In this document: in pieces, positions 30,163 through 39,625 of the stretch
Layout of the letters: each line of letters begins with the position of its first letter
Numbering within the stretch: position 1 is the first letter of the stretch
Assembly: GCA_038887515.1 (NCBI GenBank)
Contig: JAWAKK010000001.1
Coordinates: 416,001 to 480,000, forward strand
DNA: 64,000 nt
Direction: 5' to 3'
Source of the DNA: Candidatus Nezhaarchaeales archaeon
GTDB taxonomy: Archaea > Thermoproteota > Methanomethylicia > Nezhaarchaeales > WYZ-LMO8
Position numbers and translations under genes: made by a program
Notes under the pieces: generated by a model
The model's input: only the letters and a program-made list of their open reading frames with translations
What the model was told of the DNA's origin: nothing
Database searches by the model: none

Positions 30163-30978
30163 TTGGTCTATAGTGATATGGTTATGTATAAGGAGAAAAG
30201 TATTAAAGAGTTGCCCGTAATCATCTTTTCAAAAAATCGTGTTCTCGGAGAGTTTTGGGTTAAAGGATTTGCCAAGCCTTCGGTTTTGAGCGAAGTCGTA
30301 AAAATCTTAAATGAGCATAACGTTCAGATAAAGAACCTTATTGCATATTCCATAAAGGGTGAAGAAGTGGCTTTCATCATAGTCGATCTAACGGACATTA
30401 AAGGCGATGTTAATGAGGTAATAAGTAAAATGAAGGCTTTGCCCAACGTTTCCGAAGTCGATTTTTTCAGCCCGAAACATTATGGCTGTGTGTATGAGGC
30501 TTTCGGTTTTCCAATTACTTCTTCCGGTTTCGACGAGAATATAATAATGAGGCTTAGGAGCTTTATCGATATGCTTGAGGGCATTAAAGCTTGCTTCGGC
30601 TCTGCTGGTGAAGCCTTCTTATGGTATCTGGCTAGGGATGGTGGATCTAGCACGGCTAAATGGTTTAATAGTAACCTTGAAAGTTTGGACGTAGAAGATA
30701 AAATTAAGATTCACTTGGCTGCACTCTTTTCCGCTGGCTGGGGTAAGTTTGAGCTTAAAAGATTCGATTGGGTCGAAAAAGTCATAGAGATAGAAGCGAT
30801 AGATAACCTTGAAGTTAAACATAAGAAAGGTATAGCTAAAAATCCTCGATGCACCTTTATAAGAGGCTATTTGACCGGCTTATTAAGCGTTTATTTAGGC
30901 AAAAACGTTAGAGTTGAGGAAGTAGAGTGTGAAGCCAAGAAGGATGGTCGTTGTCTATTTGTTTGTTATTTCGGTTAG
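30163..30978 (+). CDS. ACT-domain plus V4R-domain small-molecule sensor protein
   Basis: N-terminal ACT-like fold; GWG, C.F.RG..G and E..C....C.F V4R motifs. Confidence 0.78.
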   Translation: MVYSDMVMYKEKSIKELPVIIFSKNRVLGEFWVKGFAKPSVLSEVVKILNEHNVQIKNLIAYSIKGEEVAFIIVDLTDIKGDVNEVISKMKALPNVSEVDFFSPKHYGCVYEAFGFPITSSGFDENIIMRLRSFIDMLEGIKACFGSAGEAFLWYLARDGGSSTAKWFNSNLESLDVEDKIKIHLAALFSAGWGKFELKRFDWVEKVIEIEAIDNLEVKHKKGIAKNPRCTFIRGYLTGLLSVYLGKNVRVEEVECEAKKDGRCLFVCYFG

Positions 30979-30997
30979 TCTCGTTATTTAACAAAGT

Positions 30998-32380
30998 TCA
31001 ACCAAATCTTTTCAATGTTACGTAGATTAATGGCGCTAGACAAGCTAACGACCATAACGATAGTACTACATAAGACTTCAGCATCGCAACGACTAAGGCT
31101 GACAGTGGTAAAATTGATAAGCCTAGTTCGAGCTTGGGTACAGCCTTTGAAGTCTTCTTTAAAGGACCTTTAGGCGTTACCCTCCACGTGCACGGTACTT
31201 TAAAGAGAGGTTTCAATGAGGATAGGAAAAGGTCGAAACTCATAGCTAAAGCTAGAGCAGCCGACCTTCCAAGCAACTTAATTCTCCGACTCAGGTTGCA
31301 TTCTTCGATGGTATGTCTCATGAAGTTAAAGCTGTATATCATCGTTATAACAGCTCCAATAGTCATAAGAGGTAGCATCGGCAATAACGACGGCTCTCCG
31401 TTAAAGAACGTTAGTAACGGCAAGGCTATAATTGATAGACCCGCCAAAGCGAGGCCCCAATATTGGGTAAGGTAGATCAGGAGACTTACTTTTTCAAGCA
31501 TCCTCAAGTTAGATTTAATAATTGCCTTACCGTGCTTCAATAAAACTTGGCTTATACCATATGCCCACCGCTTCTGTTGCCTTTTGAAGTCACTATAAGT
31601 CGATGGATGCTCAACCCAAACGGGTACATCACTGTTATATACTATCCTGTAACCCTTAAGTCTAAGCCTAACGCCTAGCTCTACGTCTTCTAAGAGACAC
31701 TTCTCATCCCACATACCAACTCTTAAGAGTGCATTCCTCCTTATCGCACACGCATTACCTAATAGTATTGAGCTTCCGAAGATGACTTGGAGTCCCTTGA
31801 ATAGACCATTAGTAAAGAATTTTTGTCCAAAGCCTATGGCTTCAGATACCGCACTCTCTCTTAAGTTAAGTGGTTCCCATCTGGCGACAACGGCTGCGAC
31901 GTCGTTTGATTCATATAACGTTGTTAGAACCTTCATTAGAAAATCTGATGGTAATACGCTGTCTACATCCAGAACTACTATTACATCGCTTTGAACCTTT
32001 AAAGCCTCGTTTAGAGCTCCAGCTTTAAATCCCGTAGCGGTCCTCCTATGTATAAAGATGACCTCTAGATCCCTTCGAGCACGATTACATACCTCCTCCA
32101 TCGGCTTAGGATCTTGGTCATCGCACACGATTACGACCTTGATCTTATCTCTAGGATATCTTTGCTGTCGGATCGAAGCAAGGACCCTTTCAAGAAGGGC
32201 CGGCGATTCTCCTCGAATAGGTATGTGAAAAGCGACAACAGGTGCACTCGAAATATATCCCTTGGGACTCAAATACCTAGAAGATGCGCTTGCTATACAT
32301 ACGTGGTAGCCTAGATAAACGAGTTCTGTTATCGCTATGACTAACAATAGTGTTAGAGATAGTATCGATGCTATCTCCAT
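30998..32380 (-). CDS. Processive GT2 glycosyltransferase (cellulose-synthase-like)
   Basis: DD, GFKAGALN, DVD, LED and QQKRW (QxxRW) motifs plus several TMs. Confidence 0.87.
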   Translation of the reverse strand: MEIASILSLTLLLVIAITELVYLGYHVCIASASSRYLSPKGYISSAPVVAFHIPIRGESPALLERVLASIRQQRYPRDKIKVVIVCDDQDPKPMEEVCNRARRDLEVIFIHRRTATGFKAGALNEALKVQSDVIVVLDVDSVLPSDFLMKVLTTLYESNDVAAVVARWEPLNLRESAVSEAIGFGQKFFTNGLFKGLQVIFGSSILLGNACAIRRNALLRVGMWDEKCLLEDVELGVRLRLKGYRIVYNSDVPVWVEHPSTYSDFKRQQKRWAYGISQVLLKHGKAIIKSNLRMLEKVSLLIYLTQYWGLALAGLSIIALPLLTFFNGEPSLLPMLPLMTIGAVITMIYSFNFMRHTIEECNLSRRIKLLGRSAALALAMSFDLFLSSLKPLFKVPCTWRVTPKGPLKKTSKAVPKLELGLSILPLSALVVAMLKSYVVLSLWSLACLAPLIYVTLKRFG

Positions 32381-32427
32381 GGCTTTATGCCTAATAGTAG
32401 TAGATAAGCTTAGACTTAGCTATTTCT

Positions 32428-32706
32428 CTAGTCTTCCATAAACTTGCTCTTCCACGCACCCTTAAACTTACCTACCTTATCTACAAACCAGACGCTTCTA
32501 CCATCAACTACTTTATGGTAGAACTCGCTTTTGAAGCGCATTATCTCGTTTCTATATTCATCAAGCTTCTTAAAGACCCTAACCTCTGTTTCCCTCCTCC
32601 TCACCCTATTCTTGCATACTGGGCATTGATATACCCTTGTTAAAGCAAAGAACTTTGAACCACAATTGCCACAGTTATATTCGTGAATTTTGATAACGTA
32701 ATTCAC
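32428..32706 (-). CDS. Small zinc-ribbon protein
   Basis: CGNC...CPVC; GAGGTG SD upstream of the GTG start. Confidence 0.65.
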   Translation of the reverse strand: MNYVIKIHEYNCGNCGSKFFALTRVYQCPVCKNRVRRRETEVRVFKKLDEYRNEIMRFKSEFYHKVVDGRSVWFVDKVGKFKGAWKSKFMED

Positions 32707-33074
32707 AATACCACCTCGACAGAGGCACTAGAGTTAATTGAAACTATCTAATGAAAAGGTTTTTGGATTTACGTGAAAACTTTGTTTAAAAAGTTAAAGT
32801 TAAGAATGCACACCTCTAAATAAGATTCTGCAATAGTCGAAAAATAGTTATCGAGAGAAACTCACTGAGAAAGTATCTGAGATTCACGGACCCGAGCAGA
32901 AACCCCTTTTTAAGCTTCCGAGATACTTAGAAAGACAAAATTAATTATACCATAACTATGTGAAGAAAATCCAGAAATGTTTAAGATAGATGTACAACTT
33001 CTTCTGTTTGGACTTTAGTTGCATGCTTGTCTTAATCGACGTATTAAAACTTCAAAATTCTTTTTAGAGACCTG

Positions 33075-33281
33075 CTAGTAGTTGAAACTTCGACGCTTCG
33101 ACGTAAAGTACAATGCTTTGTGAAAACTTTTGTCTTCAAGAGGTTTATGAAACTCTTTCGTTAAGAGATCTCTGAGGGCTGTCCTTATTGCTTCACTCCT
33201 CGAAGGGTAAATCCCTGACCTAACAAGCTCATCCAGCTCTCTTAAGTAGGCTTCAGGAATTTTGACCGTTATTATCCTCAT
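33075..33281 (-). CDS. Ribbon-helix-helix (CopG/CdrS-like) regulator
   Basis: MRIITVKIP...LDELV..G.YPSRSEAIR.A.RDLL. Confidence 0.85.
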   Translation of the reverse strand: MRIITVKIPEAYLRELDELVRSGIYPSRSEAIRTALRDLLTKEFHKPLEDKSFHKALYFTSKRRSFNY

Positions 33282-33580
33282 CCTATCACCTATAACGTAG
33301 GGATAACACGTTCAATAAAAGGATAGGTTATATTCTTGAATTATACATCAAAATATGCTCTCTTATTAGAATTTAAACGACCATGGCAATGGTTTTTATC
33401 AAAAGTCATCAGTTAAAGGTCAAATCACGATAAGTGAATTATTGCGAGCTTAAACCCGTTACTTAAGAAAGTCCGGGCGACTTGAAAGTACAAATTAATT
33501 TACAGCTGACTTCTCACATAAAGCTTATATTAAATACAGTTTCAGGCTAACTTCGTGTCGAATTGTCTCGGTGATGAGTA

Positions 33581-35041
33581 TTGAAATTGATAAAGAGTAC
33601 AAGGAGCCTATGCCCCGAATGCCTACAAGTTATCGATGCAAGCGTTTACGAAGAAAATGGGCGCGTATATATTTCTAAATCATGCCCTCAGCACGGAGAG
33701 TTCACAGACGTCTATTGGAGCGACTACGAACTTTACTGCGAAGCCGAGAAGTGGAGTGTCGTAGGCACGGGTATATGGAACCCTCAAAAGAAGAAAGAGA
33801 AGGGTTGCCCTTACGATTGCGGATTATGCGAGAACCATAAGACCTGTACAGTGCTAGGAATCATAGATGTCACAAATAGATGCAACCTTAATTGCCCGAT
33901 ATGTTTTGCCCACGCAGGAGCTATCGGTTACCTCTATGAACCAAATAAGGATCAGATAAGACAAATGCTAAAGAACCTTAGAGGGCTTAAACCCATACCT
34001 CCTACAGCTCTTCAATACTCAGGCGGGGAACCTACCATTAGAAAGGATTTACCAGAGCTAGTTGCCATGGCTAAGGAGGAGGGCTTTAGGCACGTAGAGG
34101 TCAACAGCAACGGTATTGTTCTGGCAAAGAACATAGATTTCTATAAGGAGTTGCTTGATGCAGGCATGTCAACTATATACCTTCAGTTCGATGGCTTAAC
34201 GGATGACGTCTACATTAAGACAAGAGGGCTCCCGCTTCTTGACGTCAAGTTTAGAGTTATAGAAAACGCCAGAAAATTGAATCACGACTCCATAGTTCTA
34301 GTGGTGACCCTCGTCAAGGGGATTAACGATCATCAATTGGGCGATATAATAAGGTTTGCAGCCAAGAACTGCGATGTTGTTAGAGGGATAAACGTCCAGC
34401 CGGTCTCGATAACCGGAAGGATAAATAAAGCAGAGAGAGAAAAGATGAGGATAACTATACCAGACTTTATGAAGCTATGCGAAGAACAGACTGGAGGATC
34501 AATTAGGGTCTCTGATTTTAGGCCAGTACCTTGGCCTGTGGCTTTAGCTAGAGCTGTTGGAGCTCTTAAAGGCAAGAGCTATCCAGAGTTCACGGCTCAC
34601 CCACATTGTGGTGTTGCCACGTTCTTCTTGGTAGAAGGCGATGATATCATTCCCGTGACAAGATACGTAAATGTAGATAAGGTAGCAGAGGACTTCTGGG
34701 AGGTCTATAAGCTTGCATCTGAAGGTAAAAGGTTTAGAGCATACATAAAACTTATGAAGACTAGTAGCCGAATTAAGGGAAGGCTTAGGAAGTACATGTT
34801 GAGCGTACTAGTTAAAGGATCTTATGATGCTCTCGGACAACTCATGAGAAAGATGGTGTTGCTGGGCTGCATGCACTTCATGGATCCTTACAACTTTGAT
34901 ACCCAAAGAGTTGAGAGGTGCTGCATTCACTACGCTCTACCTGATGGAACCATAAGGCCCTTCTGCACCTACAATAGCATCCATCGATCGTCAGTGGAAA
35001 AAGCCTTGAGTACCCCAATTTCGCTTAAAACTGAGAGTTGA
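33581..35041 (+). CDS. tes: Tetraether lipid synthase (GDGT-MAS, MJ0619-type radical SAM)
   Basis: N-terminal CPEC...CPQHG, CPYDCGLC..H, CNLNCPIC SAM motif, HPHCG, and C-terminal CMHFMD.YNFD..R..RCCIHY..PDG...PFC.YN. Confidence 0.9.
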   Translation: MKLIKSTRSLCPECLQVIDASVYEENGRVYISKSCPQHGEFTDVYWSDYELYCEAEKWSVVGTGIWNPQKKKEKGCPYDCGLCENHKTCTVLGIIDVTNRCNLNCPICFAHAGAIGYLYEPNKDQIRQMLKNLRGLKPIPPTALQYSGGEPTIRKDLPELVAMAKEEGFRHVEVNSNGIVLAKNIDFYKELLDAGMSTIYLQFDGLTDDVYIKTRGLPLLDVKFRVIENARKLNHDSIVLVVTLVKGINDHQLGDIIRFAAKNCDVVRGINVQPVSITGRINKAEREKMRITIPDFMKLCEEQTGGSIRVSDFRPVPWPVALARAVGALKGKSYPEFTAHPHCGVATFFLVEGDDIIPVTRYVNVDKVAEDFWEVYKLASEGKRFRAYIKLMKTSSRIKGRLRKYMLSVLVKGSYDALGQLMRKMVLLGCMHFMDPYNFDTQRVERCCIHYALPDGTIRPFCTYNSIHRSSVEKALSTPISLKTES

Positions 35042-35051
35042 CCTAGTAAAT

Positions 35052-35918
35052 ATGACTAGGAAAGGCCTACTAAGAGAGTTAACCAAAAAGATTGCACCGC
35101 CAAATTTATTGGAGAAGGTACCTAAAGGATTTGAGATCATAGGGGACATAGCAATTCTAAACATACCAAGAGAGCTTGAAGAATATAGATTTAATGTGGC
35201 CGAAACCCTCCTAAATTACTTAAAACCTAGAATTAGGCTCGTAGTCAGAAGGACATCACCTGCCAAGGATCCTGAAAGGGTTCATAATTATGAAATCTTG
35301 GCAGGGTCTGGAAGCTTTGAGACTTTACATAGAGAGAGCGGATGTGTTTTTAAGTTAGATATATCCAAGGTATTCTTTACGTCTAGACTTCAATACGAGA
35401 GGTATAGGATAGCAAGTATCGTTAAGCCTGGCGAGCTTATAATAAACATGTTTGCGGGTGTAGGACCTTATTCGATAATCATAGCGAAGAGGGTTCCGGG
35501 CGTTAAAGTTTACTCCATAGATGTAAACCCTGAAGCTTACAGGTTCATGGTGGAGAATATAAAGTTGAATAATGTTGAAGACAAAGTCGTACCGCTTTTA
35601 GGCGACGCATCAGAAGTCATAGATACTCACGATCTTAAAGGCATAGCGGACAGGGTTCTAATGCCATCGCCTGAACATGCAATTAACCACTTAGTTAAGG
35701 CTGTTAAGGCTTTGAAGAGAGAAGGATTCATCCATTACTATGATGTGGCTTGTCGAGTAGATGACTTGCAAGGTTACGTAGAAGATAAAGTATCGCCAAT
35801 TCTAGACGACTTAAACTTGGAGTGGAAGATAAGCTTTGTTAGACCTATAAGATCTGTGGCCCCCTACAAGCGCTACGTTTGTGCCGATATTTACTTGAAT
35901 AAGAAACGGGCTTGCTAA
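35052..35918 (+). CDS. Trm5/TYW2 (Met-10+) tRNA methyltransferase family
   Basis: IIGDIA, HRESG, ERYRI, MFAGVGPY, DVNP and ADRVLM motifs. Confidence 0.88.
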   Translation: MTRKGLLRELTKKIAPPNLLEKVPKGFEIIGDIAILNIPRELEEYRFNVAETLLNYLKPRIRLVVRRTSPAKDPERVHNYEILAGSGSFETLHRESGCVFKLDISKVFFTSRLQYERYRIASIVKPGELIINMFAGVGPYSIIIAKRVPGVKVYSIDVNPEAYRFMVENIKLNNVEDKVVPLLGDASEVIDTHDLKGIADRVLMPSPEHAINHLVKAVKALKREGFIHYYDVACRVDDLQGYVEDKVSPILDDLNLEWKISFVRPIRSVAPYKRYVCADIYLNKKRAC

Positions 35919-36196
35919 GTCACTCTCCTAACTTTACACACTATGACTTGATCAATGCTTCTTATGGCTGCACTGTTTTCAACTATTATTTTCGTTACCT
36001 CATCGAAATCTATGTTTGAACCAGTGATTGTTATTTTAACGGTTTCAGTTTTTGCGTCAACTTCCGTCACGATTACATCGACTTCTCTGACACCTTTAGC
36101 TGAGCATATTGCCCTAGATAGTTCTGTTATAGGTATCTCTCTCGGCTTTAACGCATCTATGAGGAGCTTCCTTATAACTATTGACATATGAAACAC
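35915..36196 (-). CDS. DUF211 family protein
   Basis: IRKLLIDALKP...EVD..T..VKITI.G..I...IRSIDQV. Confidence 0.85.
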   Translation of the reverse strand: MFHMSIVIRKLLIDALKPREIPITELSRAICSAKGVREVDVIVTEVDAKTETVKITITGSNIDFDEVTKIIVENSAAIRSIDQVIVCKVRRVT

Positions 36197-36205
36197 CTAA
36201 TACAC

Positions 36206-36859
36206 TTATACATAGATTCCGAGCAAGACTATAACCATTGCTGATGCAATTCCAGCCATTACCATATACAAGATGTACCCTACAGGCTTATTTCTAGCTA
36301 TCCTACCTAAGAAGAAGCCCAATAAGCCTAGCATCACAATGCTAATCACCATTGAAGTTATGACGCTCACGGTGAAGTCCAACATAAATACTTGAGAGGC
36401 TACGAAGGGCATCGATAGAATCGTGCACACTATGAGAGGCGAAATTCCATCAATTACTGAAACTATGAAGACCGCCAATCTCGATGACTTTTCAAATATA
36501 GATCCCTTCATTTCTTGAAACATAGTTTCTTCGAGTTCACGTACCTTTCTTTCTCTCTCAGCTTTCTCGGTCAAATAAGCCCCTAAAGATCCTGAAAAGA
36601 ACATCGCTAAACCGGCTGAAAGTATAGTCCTAACTATTATGCTCGGATTTTCAATGCCTGAAATCCACATGCCCATTATTATCCCTAACGCGGCTAAAGC
36701 ACCGTCGAACATATTCATGACAAAGTATCTTCTACATATTTCGGTTACTCCACTTATTACTATCATTCTTTTAATGCTAGCACTAGGTTTACGCTTAAGT
36801 ATAGTAGGCGTATGAACCTTATAACGCCGTTTCGACCCGTTACTACCATGTTCCTCCAT
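36206..36859 (-). CDS. VIT1/CCC1-like membrane protein
   Basis: RRYFV...FDG.L..LG and GAYLTEKAER motifs; usual neighbour of DUF211. Confidence 0.82.
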   Translation of the reverse strand: MEEHGSNGSKRRYKVHTPTILKRKPSASIKRMIVISGVTEICRRYFVMNMFDGALAALGIIMGMWISGIENPSIIVRTILSAGLAMFFSGSLGAYLTEKAERERKVRELEETMFQEMKGSIFEKSSRLAVFIVSVIDGISPLIVCTILSMPFVASQVFMLDFTVSVITSMVISIVMLGLLGFFLGRIARNKPVGYILYMVMAGIASAMVIVLLGIYV

Positions 36860-36992
36860 ATGCTCTAGCGCAAAGTGACACCCCTCTATTCGGGGGTTTA
36901 AGTTTTATGCTTTTATTACGTAAGACGTTGAGAAGTAAAACTTATTAGCCTTCTATAAAAAGTTGTAGGCTTGCGGAGGCTTCAGATCATGG

Positions 36993-38570
36993 GTGATCGT
37001 CAAATCGAGGTTCATTGAGATATACGATACCACTCTAAGGGATGGAGCTCAAGGCGTTGGGATTAGCTTCTCGCTTCAAGACAAAATAAGTTTAACGTTA
37101 AAACTCGACGAGTTCGGAATACCCTTCATTGAAGGGGGTTGGCCCTTCTCAAACCCCAAGGATGAAGAGTTCTTTAAAGCAATAAAGAATTATCACCTTA
37201 AGTATGCTAAAATAACAGCTTTTGGAAGCACTAAGAGGAAAGACGTTAAACCTGAAAATGACGAAAACCTTAATGCTATAATCGACTGCGGCGTAGATTA
37301 CGCAACGATATTTGGTAAAGCGTGGACCCTTCATGTCAGGGAGGTTTTAAAAGTTAAGCTCCATGACAACCTAGATATGATATACGATTCGATAAGCTAT
37401 CTAAGGGACCATGGAATAAAAGTGATATTTGATGTCGAACACTTCTACGATGGTTACAAGGAGGATCCCGAGTACGCTATAAAGGTACTCGAAGTTGCTT
37501 GGGAAGCCGGTGCCGAGAGACTTGTTCTATGCGATACCAATGGAGGTACCCTGACTCACGAGTTCTACGAAATAACGAAGAAAATATGCGAAAAGTTTGG
37601 CAGCAGTATAGGAGTCCACTGTCACAACGACTCTGGATTAGCCGTGGCCAATAGCTTAATGGCTGTAATAGCCGGGGCAGTTCATGTTCAAGGGACCATT
37701 AACGGTATTGGAGAAAGATGTGGTAATGCAGATCTCTGTCAAGTAATTCCTGCTTTGGAACTTAAAATGGGCCTTAAAGCTTTAAGGAAAGCTAATGGAC
37801 TTCAAGAGCTTAAAACGCTTTCGACATTTGTATATGACCTCGTCGGGATGGATCCCAATCCGTATCAACCCTACACGGGACAATACGCGTTTGCTCATAA
37901 AGCTGGTGCGCATAGCGACGGAGTAATAAAAGTGTCGAGGGCATATGAGCATATAGACCCATCGCTTGTAGGTAATGAAAGGCTTATAACCGTCTCTGAG
38001 CTTTCGGGTAGATCCGCTATAGTCTACAAGGCTAGAAAGTTCGGGCTGAACCTTGATAGAAACGATTCTGTGGTCCTAAAGGTTTTGAGAACGGTCAAAG
38101 AACTCGAATCTTCCGGCAAGAGATACGAAGATGCTGATGGCTCGCTTTACCTTCTAATACTGAAGTCCATGGGTAAATATAGGCCTCACTTTGAAGTATT
38201 GTCGTGGACCGTCACGAGTAGAGCAAGTAAAACAGGTGTAAAGTCTTTATGTAATATAAAGCTCAAAGTTAAGGGGAGGATAATTGCGAGCACTGCGGAA
38301 GGAATAGGCCCCGTACACGCACAGGACTTAGCCCTAGTCGAGGCTTTAAAGTCTGAGTATCCATGCATTGAAGCCGTTAGACTGATGAACTACAAGGTGT
38401 CAATAGTTGGCAGAAGCGCAGGAACGGCATCGGTTGTAAGGGTTCTCATAGAGTTTGAGGGGAACGGAGAGTATTGGTCGACAGCAGGGTCTTCAGCTAA
38501 CATACTTGAAGCAAGTATGGAGGCGCTAGTTGATGGATACGAGTTTTACCTCCATAGACGCGAACCGTGA
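36993..38570 (+). CDS. cimA: Citramalate synthase (LeuA/CimA family, bacterial-like CimA type)
   Basis: DTTLRDG.Q, EGGWP.SNPKD, EHFYDG, LCDTNGG, HCHND, GERCGNA and FAHKAG.H motifs. Confidence 0.87.
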   Translation: MIVKSRFIEIYDTTLRDGAQGVGISFSLQDKISLTLKLDEFGIPFIEGGWPFSNPKDEEFFKAIKNYHLKYAKITAFGSTKRKDVKPENDENLNAIIDCGVDYATIFGKAWTLHVREVLKVKLHDNLDMIYDSISYLRDHGIKVIFDVEHFYDGYKEDPEYAIKVLEVAWEAGAERLVLCDTNGGTLTHEFYEITKKICEKFGSSIGVHCHNDSGLAVANSLMAVIAGAVHVQGTINGIGERCGNADLCQVIPALELKMGLKALRKANGLQELKTLSTFVYDLVGMDPNPYQPYTGQYAFAHKAGAHSDGVIKVSRAYEHIDPSLVGNERLITVSELSGRSAIVYKARKFGLNLDRNDSVVLKVLRTVKELESSGKRYEDADGSLYLLILKSMGKYRPHFEVLSWTVTSRASKTGVKSLCNIKLKVKGRIIASTAEGIGPVHAQDLALVEALKSEYPCIEAVRLMNYKVSIVGRSAGTASVVRVLIEFEGNGEYWSTAGSSANILEASMEALVDGYEFYLHRREP

Positions 38571-38656
38571 TGGCTGTATCGAGTCGGCCTTCAAGCTCCA
38601 TAGCTTTTAAAACTTATTAGCTTTAGTAAACCATTAACTAATTCGGTGGATGCGTC

Positions 38657-39070
38657 TTGTTCGATGGCTTTAGGGCTCTCAGGATGAAGATCCTAGCAGA
38701 GAAGATATCTGTAGACGACGCTATGCGTTGTCTCTTGGGCTTAAGTCGAGACGAAGTTAAAGCGTACTTCATGCTACTAAATAACCCTATGACCATTGAG
38801 GATATAGCAAAAGCCTTAGGCAAAAGCAAGCCTTCCGCTTACAGGATAGCTGTTAAGCTTACAAACATGGGTCTCCTAGTAAGGAAAGCTTACCTAATAG
38901 ATAAGGGAGGGTACTACTACAAGTATGAAGCCGTCGAACCAGAAAAAGTTAAGAGAGAATTACAGGAAGCAGTTAACGTCGTGTGCAAGAAGGTAATGGA
39001 GGCTTTGCACCAAGATTTCGAGGAGATCAAGAGAAGGCTGCAAAGTACCGAACCCAGAAGGGCCGCTTAA
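38657..39070 (+). CDS. TrmB-like winged-HTH transcriptional regulator
   Basis: C.LGL...E...Y..L, HTH and GGYYYKYEA wing; directly upstream of the fwd/hdr cluster. Confidence 0.82.
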   Translation: MFDGFRALRMKILAEKISVDDAMRCLLGLSRDEVKAYFMLLNNPMTIEDIAKALGKSKPSAYRIAVKLTNMGLLVRKAYLIDKGGYYYKYEAVEPEKVKRELQEAVNVVCKKVMEALHQDFEEIKRRLQSTEPRRAA

Positions 39071-39155
39071 AGCTCACTTTTTAAAATCACATTAAATAAT
39101 TCATAAAACTTAAAGTTCCCTTGCCCGTCTTCCTAAAAGTTGGTGTAACTAGACC

Positions 39156-39623
39156 TTGTCAGTGAGAATATCCCCACTTCAAGTCTATAAGCTTCTACCC
39201 GGGTTGAATTGTAAAAAATGCGGTACGACCTGTATGGGTTTTGCAGTTAAGCTCGTAAGTAAACAAGCTAAAATAGAAGAGTGTATGCCGCTTATTGTCG
39301 AACCTAAGTACTCTGATAAGCTGGCGAAATTGAGAGAACTTTTGGCTCCAGTAATTTCTGCGAGCGAGACTTTAATTCAAATAGATTATGAGAAGTGCAT
39401 TGGATGCGGCAATTGTGTCGTTGCATGTCCGGAAAACATAATTTTAGATCCGATGACTTCGAAAGGTTACAATCCGAAGAAAGCCGACGCTCTATGGACC
39501 ATTGAGGACGGCAAGATAAAGATCCTACACTTAGAGAAGTGTAGACGTTATCCTCCATCGAGGCTGAACTGCAACGTCTGCGAGCTTGTCTGTTATAGCG
39601 GGGCTATTAGAGTGGTGGCGTAG
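39156..39623 (+). CDS. Fe-S domain (CdhE/RnfB N-terminal type) fused to FwdG-like ferredoxin
   Basis: LLPGLNCKKCG.TCMGFA...C, then CIGCGNCVVACP.N....G......IEDG...C....C..C...C. Confidence 0.75.
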   Translation: MSVRISPLQVYKLLPGLNCKKCGTTCMGFAVKLVSKQAKIEECMPLIVEPKYSDKLAKLRELLAPVISASETLIQIDYEKCIGCGNCVVACPENIILDPMTSKGYNPKKADALWTIEDGKIKILHLEKCRRYPPSRLNCNVCELVCYSGAIRVVA

Positions 39624-39625
39624 AA

